A DNA stretch of 64,000 nt from Kiritimatiellia bacterium (GTDB lineage Bacteria; Verrucomicrobiota; Kiritimatiellia; JAAZAB01): NCBI GenBank assembly GCA_040767085.1, contig JAXGPF010000006.1:192001-256000 (forward strand). The letters are read 5' to 3'. The notes under the pieces were generated by a model. It was not told where the DNA came from and did not search any database. It saw nothing but the letters and a program-made list of their open reading frames with translations. Positions 38,873 to 48,201 of the stretch are shown one piece after another (the stretch's first letter is position 1; every line of letters starts with the position of its first letter). The position numbers and the translations under genes are program-made.

Positions 38873-38907
38873 AGGCTGCGGGCTGCAAAGTCAGGCCGGT
38901 ATCTGGT

Positions 38908-38936
38908 TTACCGGAACGCTAACATATTTCTAATAA
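38908..38936 (+). promoter_or_regulatory. Putative Pho box upstream of phoB
   Basis: TTACCGG (38908), CTAACAT (38919) and CTAATAA (38930) at an 11-bp period. Confidence 0.55.
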
Positions 38937-38978
38937 TTTTGAGCTTTATCCATGCCGGTGCTTTGCTAGACTCGCGGC

Positions 38979-39665
38979 ATGGTCAAGGCAAAAATATTCA
39001 TCGTCGAGGACGAGGCTGACATCCTTGAACTGCTCCGTCACAACCTGGCCCGCGAGGGCTACCAGGTCTTTACCGCCGCCACGGGCGAGGAAGCGGTCAA
39101 AAACATCCCCCGCCAGATGCCGGACCTGGTGCTGCTCGATTTGATGCTGCCCGGCCTGGACGGCCTGGAAGTCTGCCGCGCGCTCAAGCAGTCGCCGCAA
39201 ACCGCAGGCATCCCCATCATCATGGTCACCGCCAAGGGCGAGGAAAGCGATATTGTCGCCGGGCTGGAACTGGGCGCGGATGATTATATCGCCAAGCCCT
39301 TCAGTCTCAAGGTCCTGGTAGCCCGCGTGCGGTCGCTGCTCCGCCGCAAGCGCAACATACTGGCGGATCCGGCGGCCATCGTCCGCGCGCATGACCTGGT
39401 CGTCAACCCCGGCCGGCACGAAGTCCTGCTCAAGGGCAAGCCGTTGGAAATGACCTTTTCCGAACTGCGCATCCTGCATTACCTCGCGAGCCGCCCGGGC
39501 TGGGTCATGACCCGCGACCAGATCGTGGACGCCGTGCGCGGCGCGGATTATGCCGTCACCGACCGGGCAGTGGACGTGCAGATTGTCGGCATCCGCCGGA
39601 AACTGGGCACGCGCGCGGACTACATAGAAACCGTGCGCGGCGTGGGCTATCGTTTCAAGGAATGA
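38979..39665 (+). CDS. phoB: OmpR-family response regulator PhoB/PhoP
   Basis: Receiver domain (VEDE, LDLMLP, GADDYIAKPF) plus winged helix (IETVRGVGYRF); located in the pst locus. Confidence 0.9.
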   Translation: MVKAKIFIVEDEADILELLRHNLAREGYQVFTAATGEEAVKNIPRQMPDLVLLDLMLPGLDGLEVCRALKQSPQTAGIPIIMVTAKGEESDIVAGLELGADDYIAKPFSLKVLVARVRSLLRRKRNILADPAAIVRAHDLVVNPGRHEVLLKGKPLEMTFSELRILHYLASRPGWVMTRDQIVDAVRGADYAVTDRAVDVQIVGIRRKLGTRADYIETVRGVGYRFKE

Positions 39666-41449
39666 CCGGAACCATGCGTCCGCAAAAACTTGTTTGGCGC
39701 ATTTATTTCTCTTTTTTCGCCGCCACGCTGCTGGCGTTGACTGCCGCCGCCTGGCTGGCGGCGCGCGCTTTCCGCGAGTTTCATCAAACTCATACCGCGG
39801 ATGTGCTGGTGGCGCGCGCCCGGATTATCGCACAGGGCCTGGTGCAGGACCCGGCGGCGGATCCCGCCCGGATGGATGCCCTTTGCAAGGAGCTGGGGCG
39901 GCTGTCCGCAACCCGGATTTCCATCATTCTGCCGGGCGGACGCGTCGTTGGCGACTCGGAAGAAAAACCTGAAGGCATGGAAAACCATCGGCGCCGCCAG
40001 GAAGTGGCGGCGGCGCTGGACGGGCGGGACGGCCAGGCCGTCCGTTACAGCAACACGCTCCGGCGGAACCTGATGTATGTCGCCGTGCCGGCCGTGCATG
40101 CCGGCCAGGTGATGGCGGTAGTCCGGACGGCGCTGCCGTTGGCGGATGTGCACTGGGCGCTGGCGGCGGTCTACCGCCACATCGCCGCCGGCGTCGCGGC
40201 GGTCGCCCTGCTTTTCGCCGTGATCGCCCTCGTCCTGTCGCACCGCATTTCCCGCCCGTTATCGGAAATGCGTGCGGCCGCCGAGCGCATATCCCGGGGC
40301 GAACTTGACACCCGCGTGGCCGACGGCGGCGGCGACGAGATCGGCGCCCTGGCCCGCGCGCTGAACCGCATGGCGCGCGCGCTGCGGGAGCGCATGGAAA
40401 CAATTGACCGCCAGCGCACCGAGCAGGCCGCCGTCCTGGCCGGCATGGCGGAAGGCGTCTTGGCCCTGGACGGCGACGGGCGGGTCATACAAATCAACCG
40501 CGCGGCCGAACAACTGCTGGAATGCCCTGCCGGCCAGGCGCGCGGCCGCATGCTCCAGGAAATCGCGCGCAACCGGCAACTGCAGGAATTCGCTGCCGCG
40601 ACCCTCGCAGCCCGGGCGCCGGGTGAAACCGAAATCGTTTTGCACGGCCCGCAGGAAATTTTCCTGCAACTGCACGGCGCGGCGCTGCAGGACCATGCCG
40701 GCCGGCAAATCGGCGCCGTGATCGTCTTGAACGACATCTCGCGGCTCAAACGCCTGGAAAACATGCGCCGCGATTTCGTCGCCAACGTCTCGCATGAACT
40801 GAAAACCCCGATCACCGCCATCAAGGGCTGCGTGGAAACCCTGGCCAACACCGCGGCCGCCGGCGGCGCGGAAACGGAACGTTTCCTGGCCATGCTGGCC
40901 CGTCACACCCGGCGCCTGGATGCGATTGTCGAAGATTTATTAAACCTCTCCCGGATCGAATTCGACGCGGAGCGGCAGAATACCCCCCTGGAACCAACCG
41001 CCGTTGCCGGAGTGCTCCGCCGCGCGGTTGACGCCCTGGCGGCGGCCGCCGCCGCCAAGCGCATCGCCATCGCGCTGGCCTGCCCGGACGGACTGGCCGC
41101 GCCGATCAACGCGCCGCTTCTGGAAACCGCCGTCGTAAACCTTTTAAGCAACGCCGTTAAATTCAGCGGCCCGGACACGCGCATCGAAGTGCGGGCGGAA
41201 GCCGCGCACGGCCGGCTGGCGATCAGCGTTGCCGATCAGGGCCCCGGGATTGAAGCCAGGCACATCCCCCGCATTTTTGAGCGGTTCTACCGCGTGGACC
41301 AGGCGCGCAGCCGCGCGCTGGGCGGCACGGGGCTGGGCCTGGCGATCGTCAAGCACATCGCTATCGCCCACCGCGGGACTGCCGCCGTAACCAGCACACC
41401 CGGTGCCGGCTCCATTTTCACCATCACCATCCCGCAGTCACTTCCCTGA
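39662..41449 (+). CDS. phoR: Sensor histidine kinase PhoR (HAMP, PAS)
   Basis: DFVANVSHELKTP, NLLSNAVK, RIFERFYRVD and GGTGLGLAIVKH motifs. Confidence 0.92.
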   Translation: MTGTMRPQKLVWRIYFSFFAATLLALTAAAWLAARAFREFHQTHTADVLVARARIIAQGLVQDPAADPARMDALCKELGRLSATRISIILPGGRVVGDSEEKPEGMENHRRRQEVAAALDGRDGQAVRYSNTLRRNLMYVAVPAVHAGQVMAVVRTALPLADVHWALAAVYRHIAAGVAAVALLFAVIALVLSHRISRPLSEMRAAAERISRGELDTRVADGGGDEIGALARALNRMARALRERMETIDRQRTEQAAVLAGMAEGVLALDGDGRVIQINRAAEQLLECPAGQARGRMLQEIARNRQLQEFAAATLAARAPGETEIVLHGPQEIFLQLHGAALQDHAGRQIGAVIVLNDISRLKRLENMRRDFVANVSHELKTPITAIKGCVETLANTAAAGGAETERFLAMLARHTRRLDAIVEDLLNLSRIEFDAERQNTPLEPTAVAGVLRRAVDALAAAAAAKRIAIALACPDGLAAPINAPLLETAVVNLLSNAVKFSGPDTRIEVRAEAAHGRLAISVADQGPGIEARHIPRIFERFYRVDQARSRALGGTGLGLAIVKHIAIAHRGTAAVTSTPGAGSIFTITIPQSLP

Positions 41450-41563
41450 TGGTATTCCTCTGCAACATAACGCCACCTTGGCGTCTTGCCGTATCCTGCG
41501 CATTCTTAACGAAGCAGGGGCGGTTCATTCTTCTTCTCCCGCCCTTGGCGTTCCTGCCCCGCC

Positions 41564-42724
41564 TCAGAACTTGGCAGATAAATCCAATTGGAAACGTTTA
41601 TAATCCTTGCTGGCCTCGCCGTCCTTGATACCCAGTTCGTTGATGAAATAGGTGGCGCCCAGGGTCCAGTTTTTGTCGATCTGGTAGGCGGCCATCAACT
41701 TATGCCCTTTGCCGTCGGTGCCGCCGCCCCAGGAATCGGAATCCGTGAATGCGCCGACCACCGCATCGGCTTCCAAATGCCGGTAATTGTAGCCCAGTTC
41801 GAAGGAACGCGGCGTCCTGGCTTCGCCGAAGGCGACGCCGGCGAGATAGCCGGTGTCATTGTCATCCGCCTCGGTATTTTTAACGCAATTGCCGTAAATT
41901 TTCCAGGGCAAACCGGTCAGTGGGCACTTGAATCCGACGGACGCCAGCAATTCCAGTTCACGGTACTCATCGGCATAAACCGCCTTGGTTACATTGCCCT
42001 CGGCATCCATGGTCGTGACAACGGTGTTGCCGTAGCCTTTAAAGCTGTCTTCCCAGTCAATCACACCGAAGCCTGACATGTGTTCGTAATAATAATAGCT
42101 GACCCCGGCCAGGAATTTCAGGCCGGCATCGGTTTTGACGTCCACGCCGGCCTGCCCGGCATATATCATCGTGTCGCTGTCCTTGCCGCGCTCCGTTACG
42201 GCCAGCGCCGCGCCATTCAAGAGCAGATCCGCCGGCCCCAGGCCCAGCTTGTAACGCAGGGCGCCGCCCTCCGGGTTCAAATCGCCGTCCCACACCAGAT
42301 CGCTTACCTGCAAAAACGGTTTTTGCATTTTGCCGCCGATGAGTGCCAGGCCCGGCGTTACTTCCGGCCGCCAGTCCACGTATGCCAGTTCCAGGGCAAT
42401 GTCCTTGCTGGTAAAGCCGTCGCCCATGGTCTGGTTCCCGGAAACCGGGTCTTTGCCGCCGGTCCGAATGCCGACCCCAGCCTTGACTTCCTCATTAACC
42501 TGGCCTTCAACCCCCAGCCGCGCGCGAATCCGCTCGCGCGAGCGGGAAGGATCGCCTTCCTTGTCAATGTTTTCATAACGCACCCGCACATCGCCTTTCA
42601 CCTTGATACGATCCGCCCATGATTCCTGCCTGGCTTCGACCATGGGCGTCTGTCCCAATGCCAGACCGGCTATCCCCGCCGCCAGACCCGCAACACCAAC
42701 CGTTATTCTTGATTTTCTCATCAT
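41564..42724 (-). CDS. Putative outer-membrane porin (likely phosphate-regulated)
   Basis: Signal peptide; GDVRVRYE, RERIRARLG, DPVSGNQT and LVWDGDLNPEG motifs; C-terminal FQLDLSAKF; divergent from pstS. Confidence 0.82.
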   Translation of the reverse strand: MMRKSRITVGVAGLAAGIAGLALGQTPMVEARQESWADRIKVKGDVRVRYENIDKEGDPSRSRERIRARLGVEGQVNEEVKAGVGIRTGGKDPVSGNQTMGDGFTSKDIALELAYVDWRPEVTPGLALIGGKMQKPFLQVSDLVWDGDLNPEGGALRYKLGLGPADLLLNGAALAVTERGKDSDTMIYAGQAGVDVKTDAGLKFLAGVSYYYYEHMSGFGVIDWEDSFKGYGNTVVTTMDAEGNVTKAVYADEYRELELLASVGFKCPLTGLPWKIYGNCVKNTEADDNDTGYLAGVAFGEARTPRSFELGYNYRHLEADAVVGAFTDSDSWGGGTDGKGHKLMAAYQIDKNWTLGATYFINELGIKDGEASKDYKRFQLDLSAKF

Positions 42725-42900
42725 TGACCCTTTTTTTGTTTTCTCAATCACGCTGCGTCCTTTACTAAATCTTCCACCGCGCCATTTCTTTATTACATGC
42801 TTAGCAAAGCACCTCCTTCGTTTCTAAAATACATGCACCAAAGGTAAACCGGCCCCGTTAGGCTGGTTTTGACGCCGTGTTAAAAATATGTTTTGGCGCT

Positions 42901-42918
42901 TTAACCTGAATCTAACAT
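42901..42918 (+). promoter_or_regulatory. Putative Pho box upstream of pstS
   Basis: TTAACCT-GAAT-CTAACAT; the half-sites are identical to those upstream of pstC. Confidence 0.7.
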
Positions 42919-43116
42919 GTTCAACACACTGGATTAACCGCCTTCCGGCAGACTATGCGCCATCAACGGAAGCGGAAAGGAGGTGTACCGGCGCGCGGAA
43001 CCCGCGGGTTTCAGCGGCCAGATCAAACGGCAGCGAGTCTAAAACAACCAGTCTGCCGGACCGGGTGCCGGCATCACCCGCCGGCAAAACAGCCGGCGCA
43101 ATCGAAGGCGCATATC

Positions 43117-43944
43117 ATGAATAAAATCATCGTCACAACGGCGGTATGTCTGGGAATCGGATGGGCGGCGGCGCAGGAGCGGATCGTGATTGACGGATCC
43201 ACGACGGTGGGGCCGATTGCCAAGGCTTTCGCCGAACATTACATGCAAAAGCATCCTGACGCCAATCTGACCGTCAGCGAGTCTGGCAGCGGCAACGGCG
43301 CCAAAAGCCTGATCAACAAAACCTGCCAGATCGCCATCATGTCGCGATTCATGAAGGCCGGCGAATTCCAGGCCGCGGTGGAAAAGGGTGTCCTCCCGGT
43401 GGCGCACGTGGTGGCGCTGGATGGTTTGCCGATCCTGGTACATCCCGCCAACCCGGTGGGCAACCTGACCCTGGAACAGCTGCGCAAAATCTATACGGGT
43501 GAAATCGTCAACTGGAAGGAAGTCGGCGGCGCCGATTTGAAGATTGTCGTGATCAGCCGCGACACCAACAGCGGCACCTACGAGACCTTCTACGGCCTGG
43601 TGATGGAGCATGGCGGCAGCAAGGAAAAGATTGGCGCCGGCGCGGAATACGTCGGCAGCAACGGCGCTGTCCGCCAACGCGTCCAAAGCACGCCCGCGGC
43701 CATCGGCTACGCCGGCCTGGGTTTTGTTGACAGCACCGTCAAGGCCCTGTCAATCAACGGGGTGGCGCCCAGCCGGGAAACAGTGACCAGCGGCGAATAC
43801 CCCATCGCCCGGGCGTTGTACATGTTCACCGATCAATATCCGCCCATGGGCAGCCATCTCTACCGTTTCGTCACCCTGCACTTGAGCCCCGCCGGCCAGG
43901 AAATCGTCGAGACCATCGGTTTTGTGCCCGTTACGCAATATTGA
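43117..43944 (+). CDS. pstS: Phosphate ABC transporter substrate-binding protein
   Basis: Signal peptide; DGSTTVGP, GSGNG, SRDTNSGT and YPIAR motifs. Confidence 0.95.
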   Translation: MNKIIVTTAVCLGIGWAAAQERIVIDGSTTVGPIAKAFAEHYMQKHPDANLTVSESGSGNGAKSLINKTCQIAIMSRFMKAGEFQAAVEKGVLPVAHVVALDGLPILVHPANPVGNLTLEQLRKIYTGEIVNWKEVGGADLKIVVISRDTNSGTYETFYGLVMEHGGSKEKIGAGAEYVGSNGAVRQRVQSTPAAIGYAGLGFVDSTVKALSINGVAPSRETVTSGEYPIARALYMFTDQYPPMGSHLYRFVTLHLSPAGQEIVETIGFVPVTQY

Positions 43945-43953
43945 ACTCCGCCC

Positions 43954-43989
43954 GGCCGGATGATGCGCATCCCCGCGCGTCATCCGGCC
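43954..43989 (+). other. 15-bp stem-loop between pstS and pstC (mRNA stabiliser or partial terminator)
   Basis: GGCCGGATGATGCGC / GCGCGTCATCCGGCC with a 6-nt loop and no U-tract. Confidence 0.65.
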
Positions 43990-44004
43990 CCTGAGGAGAC
44001 AGTC

Positions 44005-44022
44005 TTAACCTTTTTCTAACAT
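44005..44022 (+). promoter_or_regulatory. Putative Pho box upstream of pstC
   Basis: TTAACCT-TTTT-CTAACAT. Confidence 0.7.
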
Positions 44023-44118
44023 TTCGCTCACACAGGGCAAACCCCTGACTGACAGGCTTGCCGCGGTTTTCCAGGATGTGTCCTGAAGGGATATCAAGTC
44101 CGCCGCAGACGGCTTTAT

Positions 44119-45288
44119 ATGACAGACCGCCGATCCATCCCTAACGGCCAAACGGTTGCCGGCAGCAACCTGTTGCTCAGCGCACCGCTCCATCTTCGTA
44201 AAAACCTTGCCGGCATGTTCGGGAAACTCCTGCTTTTCGCCGTTGCCGCCACGGCCACCCTGGCCGTTTTATTCATTTTTTATTTCATCGCCCGCGATGC
44301 CTGGCCGTTTTTCAAGGCGCGCGGGCTGACGGAATTTTTCTCCGAAACCGCCTGGTATCCCTCCCGCGATCCGGCCCGCTTCGGCGCGCGGGCGATTTTT
44401 GCCGGCAGCGCGCTGGTCACGCTGGGCGCGGCGCTGGTGGCGGCGCCGCTGGGCGTGGCCGCGGCGGTGTGTTTGAGCGATGTCCTACCGTTTCAGGCCC
44501 GCCAGACGGTCAAACCGGTCATCGAAATTCTGGCCGCCATCCCTTCCGTGGCTTACGGCTTCTTCGCGCTGGTGGTATTGGCGCCCTTGATGCAACAGCA
44601 TGGCGGCCGTATCCTCTGCGCAGCATGGTGGCTGCTGGCCGCCCCCATGCTGCTGTTGCTTGCCGCGGTCGCCGGTGAAATAGCCGCCGCCGCTGCGCGG
44701 CCGGCTGCTGCCCGGCGCCTGCGCTGGCCGTTGACCGGCATGCTGGCCGCCGCGGCGCTCTGGCTGGCATGGCGCGTCGGGCAGACGCTGGCGGGCATGT
44801 CCATCATTTCCGGCGCCAATGCCTTGAATGTGGCCATGATTCTCGGCGTCATGGCGTTGCCGACGGTGGTCAGCGTTTCCGAGGATGCCTTGCAGGCGGC
44901 TGGACGCGAATTACGCGAAGCCAGCTACGCCCTGGGCGCCACACGCGCGGAAACCGTCTGCCTGACCATCCTGCCCGCCGCCGGCAGCGGCATCTTCGCC
45001 GCCATCCTGCTGGGAGTGATGCGGGCCCTCGGCGAAACCATGGTGGTCTGGATGGCATCCGGCAACGCCGCGCAAATCCCGTCGCCCTGGTTTAACTACC
45101 TGATGCCGGTGCGCACGCTGACCGCCACCATCGCCGGCGACATGGGCGAAGCCGATCATGTAACCGGGTCGGACCGCTACCATGTGCTTTTTGCGATGGG
45201 GTTATGCCTGCTGCTGTTTTGCCTGATATGCAACCTGGCGGCCGAATGGATCGTGGCCCGGCAGCGCCGCAAGTTGAAAGGAGCATGA
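44119..45288 (+). CDS. pstC: Phosphate ABC transporter permease
   Basis: KPVIEILAAIPSVAYG, EASYALGAT and RALGETM motifs. Confidence 0.93.
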   Translation: MTDRRSIPNGQTVAGSNLLLSAPLHLRKNLAGMFGKLLLFAVAATATLAVLFIFYFIARDAWPFFKARGLTEFFSETAWYPSRDPARFGARAIFAGSALVTLGAALVAAPLGVAAAVCLSDVLPFQARQTVKPVIEILAAIPSVAYGFFALVVLAPLMQQHGGRILCAAWWLLAAPMLLLLAAVAGEIAAAAARPAAARRLRWPLTGMLAAAALWLAWRVGQTLAGMSIISGANALNVAMILGVMALPTVVSVSEDALQAAGRELREASYALGATRAETVCLTILPAAGSGIFAAILLGVMRALGETMVVWMASGNAAQIPSPWFNYLMPVRTLTATIAGDMGEADHVTGSDRYHVLFAMGLCLLLFCLICNLAAEWIVARQRRKLKGA

Positions 45289-46619
45289 TGCAACTGACCA
45301 CCCGCAAACTCCTGGACCGGGCATTCTCCGCCGCCGGCTTCTTCGCCATTGCGCTGATGATCGCCGCCCTGGCGGTGATTGTCGTTCCTATCTTCCGGCA
45401 AGGCCTGGGCGCCGTCTGTTTCCGGGCCACGGTGGAACACCGCAAGCAGATGCGCGCGCTGTTCGGCCGCGGCGGCGGCGGCGCCTTGCAGCGGGAAATC
45501 GCCGCGGCGGAGGCTGCGCGCCAGCCGGTTTACGAAATGCTGGCGTCCTATGAAAACCTGCCGGCCGCCCAGCGGCGCCCGACGGCAGGGGCATACCGCG
45601 ACCTGGAAAAAGCGCTGCGCGCCCTGCTTGGTCCGTTGCCGGGAGATGCGCCCCGGCTCATGCCGCGCGAGCAATTCGGGCAGGCGCGCTGGGACCGGGC
45701 CGCGGTCAAGCTGCAAGAATTGCTGTACGTCAAGACCTGGGACTATTCCACCCCGGGCGTATTGGGAGTTGCCAAGTACACCCCCCGCAAGGAACAATTC
45801 GCCGGGACGCCGCTCTACCACCTGCCGGATTACGTGGCGCAAAACCTGCCGGCCATGCTGCGGCCGCGCCGGACTTTTTACTGGCGGTTCCTGACGGACA
45901 AGGCCGTGGACATTCATTTCTTCGGCGGGATCGGCCCGGAACTTTTGGGAACCCTTTACCTGACACTGGGCGCGATGCTGTTCGCGGCGCCACTGGGCAT
46001 CGCCGCCGCCATTTATTTCGCCGAATATGCCCGCCAGGGGCGCATTGTCAGCCTGCTGCGTTCCTGCGTCAGCACGCTGGCCGGAGTGCCCAGCATTGTT
46101 TTCGGCCTGTTCGGCCTGGCGTTTTTCATTAATATCCTGCGGGTGTCCCCCTCCAAGAGCGTACTGGCCGGGGCGCTGACCCTCGGGCTGCTGATTCTGC
46201 CAACCGTGATCCGCGCCGCTGAGGAAGCCATCATGGCCGTCCCGCAAGCCTACAAGGAAGCCGCCCTGAGCCTGGGCGCCGGCCGCTGGCACACCATCCT
46301 GACCGTGATATTGCCGGCGGCGTTGCCCGGCATCCTTACCGGCGCGGTGATCAGCATGGGGCGGGCGGCCGGTGAAACCGCGCCGATCATTTTCACGGCC
46401 GCCGTCAGTGTGGGCCTGGCTTTGAAACCCTGGGAGACGCTCGCCAATCCCACCCCGGCGCTTTCGTGGAATATTTACAACCTGGCCACGGAGCACGAGG
46501 CGGCGGACGAAATCCGCCATGTCCAATTCGGCATGGCCATGGCTCTGGTCGGGCTGGTGCTGCTGTTGAACATGGCGGCGATCTTCGTCCGGGCCCGCAT
46601 TGCCGCCCGGATCAAGTGA
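45285..46619 (+). CDS. pstA: Phosphate ABC transporter permease with a large N-terminal loop
   Basis: LAGVPSIVFGLFG, EAALSLGA and GRAAGETAP motifs; ATG 45285 overlaps the pstC stop. Confidence 0.93.
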   Translation: MMQLTTRKLLDRAFSAAGFFAIALMIAALAVIVVPIFRQGLGAVCFRATVEHRKQMRALFGRGGGGALQREIAAAEAARQPVYEMLASYENLPAAQRRPTAGAYRDLEKALRALLGPLPGDAPRLMPREQFGQARWDRAAVKLQELLYVKTWDYSTPGVLGVAKYTPRKEQFAGTPLYHLPDYVAQNLPAMLRPRRTFYWRFLTDKAVDIHFFGGIGPELLGTLYLTLGAMLFAAPLGIAAAIYFAEYARQGRIVSLLRSCVSTLAGVPSIVFGLFGLAFFINILRVSPSKSVLAGALTLGLLILPTVIRAAEEAIMAVPQAYKEAALSLGAGRWHTILTVILPAALPGILTGAVISMGRAAGETAPIIFTAAVSVGLALKPWETLANPTPALSWNIYNLATEHEAADEIRHVQFGMAMALVGLVLLLNMAAIFVRARIAARIK

Positions 46620-46637
46620 TAATTTTACGGGGAACCA

Positions 46638-47444
46638 ATGATGCATATGAACCAACCCAATGCCATTGAGCCGGCCGGGCCGGCGGCCGGCGCGGCGCAT
46701 GTGGTGGCGCGGAATTTTTCCGTCTTTTACCGCCGCAACCAGGCGGTAAAAGAAGTGACGCTCGACATCCCGCGCGGGTGCGTGACGGCCATCATTGGCC
46801 CCAGCGGCTGCGGCAAGAGCACTTTTTTGCGGGCCATCAACCGCATGAACGACCTGGTGCCGGGCTGCCGCACCGCCGGCGCCTTGTTGTTTGACGGCCA
46901 GGATATCCATGCGCCGCGGCTGGATGTGGAAACCCTGCGGCGGCGCATCGGCATGGTCTTCCAGAAGCCCAATCCGTTTCCCAAGAGCATTTTCGACAAT
47001 GTGGCCTACGGGCCCCGGCTGCACCGGCGCCTGAGCCGGGCCGCGCTCGCGGAAATCGTCGAAGCCAGCCTGCAGGGGGCCGCGTTGTGGGACGAAGTCA
47101 AGGACCGCCTGCAAGCCAATGCTCTGGGTCTTTCCGGCGGCCAGCAGCAGCGTTTGTGCATCGCCCGCGCGCTGGCCGTGCAGCCGGAAATCCTGCTGAT
47201 GGACGAGCCGACTTCCGCGCTGGATCCGCGCGCCACGACGCGCATCGAAGACTTGGTTGACGAGCTGCGCGGCCGCTATACCATCATCATTGTGACGCAC
47301 AACATGCAGCAGGCGGCCCGCGTCTCGGAATTCACCGCGTTTTTATACGAGGGCGTGCTGGTGGAATTCGGCGTCACCAGGGAGTTGTTCACCAAGCCAC
47401 GGATGAAACAAACGGAGGATTATATCACCGGCCGGTTCGGCTGA
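46638..47444 (+). CDS. pstB: Phosphate ABC transporter ATP-binding protein
   Basis: [30 protein letters not shown] and YITGRFG motifs. Confidence 0.97.
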   Translation: MMHMNQPNAIEPAGPAAGAAHVVARNFSVFYRRNQAVKEVTLDIPRGCVTAIIGPSGCGKSTFLRAINRMNDLVPGCRTAGALLFDGQDIHAPRLDVETLRRRIGMVFQKPNPFPKSIFDNVAYGPRLHRRLSRAALAEIVEASLQGAALWDEVKDRLQANALGLSGGQQQRLCIARALAVQPEILLMDEPTSALDPRATTRIEDLVDELRGRYTIIIVTHNMQQAARVSEFTAFLYEGVLVEFGVTRELFTKPRMKQTEDYITGRFG

Positions 47445-47464
47445 TGAATCTGGAGGAAACCGCC

Positions 47465-48151
47465 ATGCGCATACACATGCAACGGGAACTGGAAAAATTG
47501 AAACGCCAAATCTTGCAGCTTGGGGCCGAGGTGGAGGAGGATGTATACAACGCCGTCCAGGCGCTGGACACGCGCAACCGGGCGATGGCGGAAACGGCAA
47601 TTGCCCGCGAAGCGCGGACCAACGCCATGGAAGTGGACGTGGAGGAGGAATGCCTGAAAATCCTGGCGCTGCACCAGCCGGTGGCCGCGGACTTGCGCTA
47701 TATCATCGCCGTCCTGAAAATCAACCAGGACCTGGAGCGCATCGGCGACCTGGCCGTTCACATCGCCGAGTGCAGCCTGAAACTCTGCCGGCAGCCCAAA
47801 CTGGAAATGCCATTCCGGCTGGGCGATATGGCCGGCAAAGCGCAACTGATGTTGAAAAAGGTGCTCGACGCTTTCGTCAATCAGGATGAGACCGCCGCGC
47901 ATGAAGTATGCGCCGCCGATCATGCCATTGACCGCATCAAGGATGAAATTTTCCAGCAGGCTAAAAACGCCCTGGTCCGGCATCCGGAGCAATGCGACAC
48001 CCTCATCGAAATCATGAACGTCGCCCGGCATCTCGAGCGCATTGCCGACCATGCCACCAATATCGCCGAGGATTTGATTTACCTGATTGCCGGGCGGATT
48101 GTGCGCCACACCCCCGAGGTTTCGGACCGGGGCGCGCCCACCCAAAAATAG
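47465..48151 (+). CDS. phoU: Phosphate signalling protein PhoU
   Basis: QPVAADLR, DLERIGD and LERIADHATNIAE motifs; GGAGG upstream of ATG 47465. Confidence 0.96.
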   Translation: MRIHMQRELEKLKRQILQLGAEVEEDVYNAVQALDTRNRAMAETAIAREARTNAMEVDVEEECLKILALHQPVAADLRYIIAVLKINQDLERIGDLAVHIAECSLKLCRQPKLEMPFRLGDMAGKAQLMLKKVLDAFVNQDETAAHEVCAADHAIDRIKDEIFQQAKNALVRHPEQCDTLIEIMNVARHLERIADHATNIAEDLIYLIAGRIVRHTPEVSDRGAPTQK

Positions 48152-48201
48152 CGGAAAGGCGCCATAGCTCCATCGCGTTGTGAAAATAACGCCGTGGCGG
48201 T

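Noticed and set aside
45177-47300. 707-aa minus-strand ORF and similar long antisense ORFs (for example 7520-9070, 30594-31856, 50694-52160, 62554-63996)
   Set aside because: They lie opposite well-supported genes, lack motifs, and are expected in high-GC DNA with biased codon usage.
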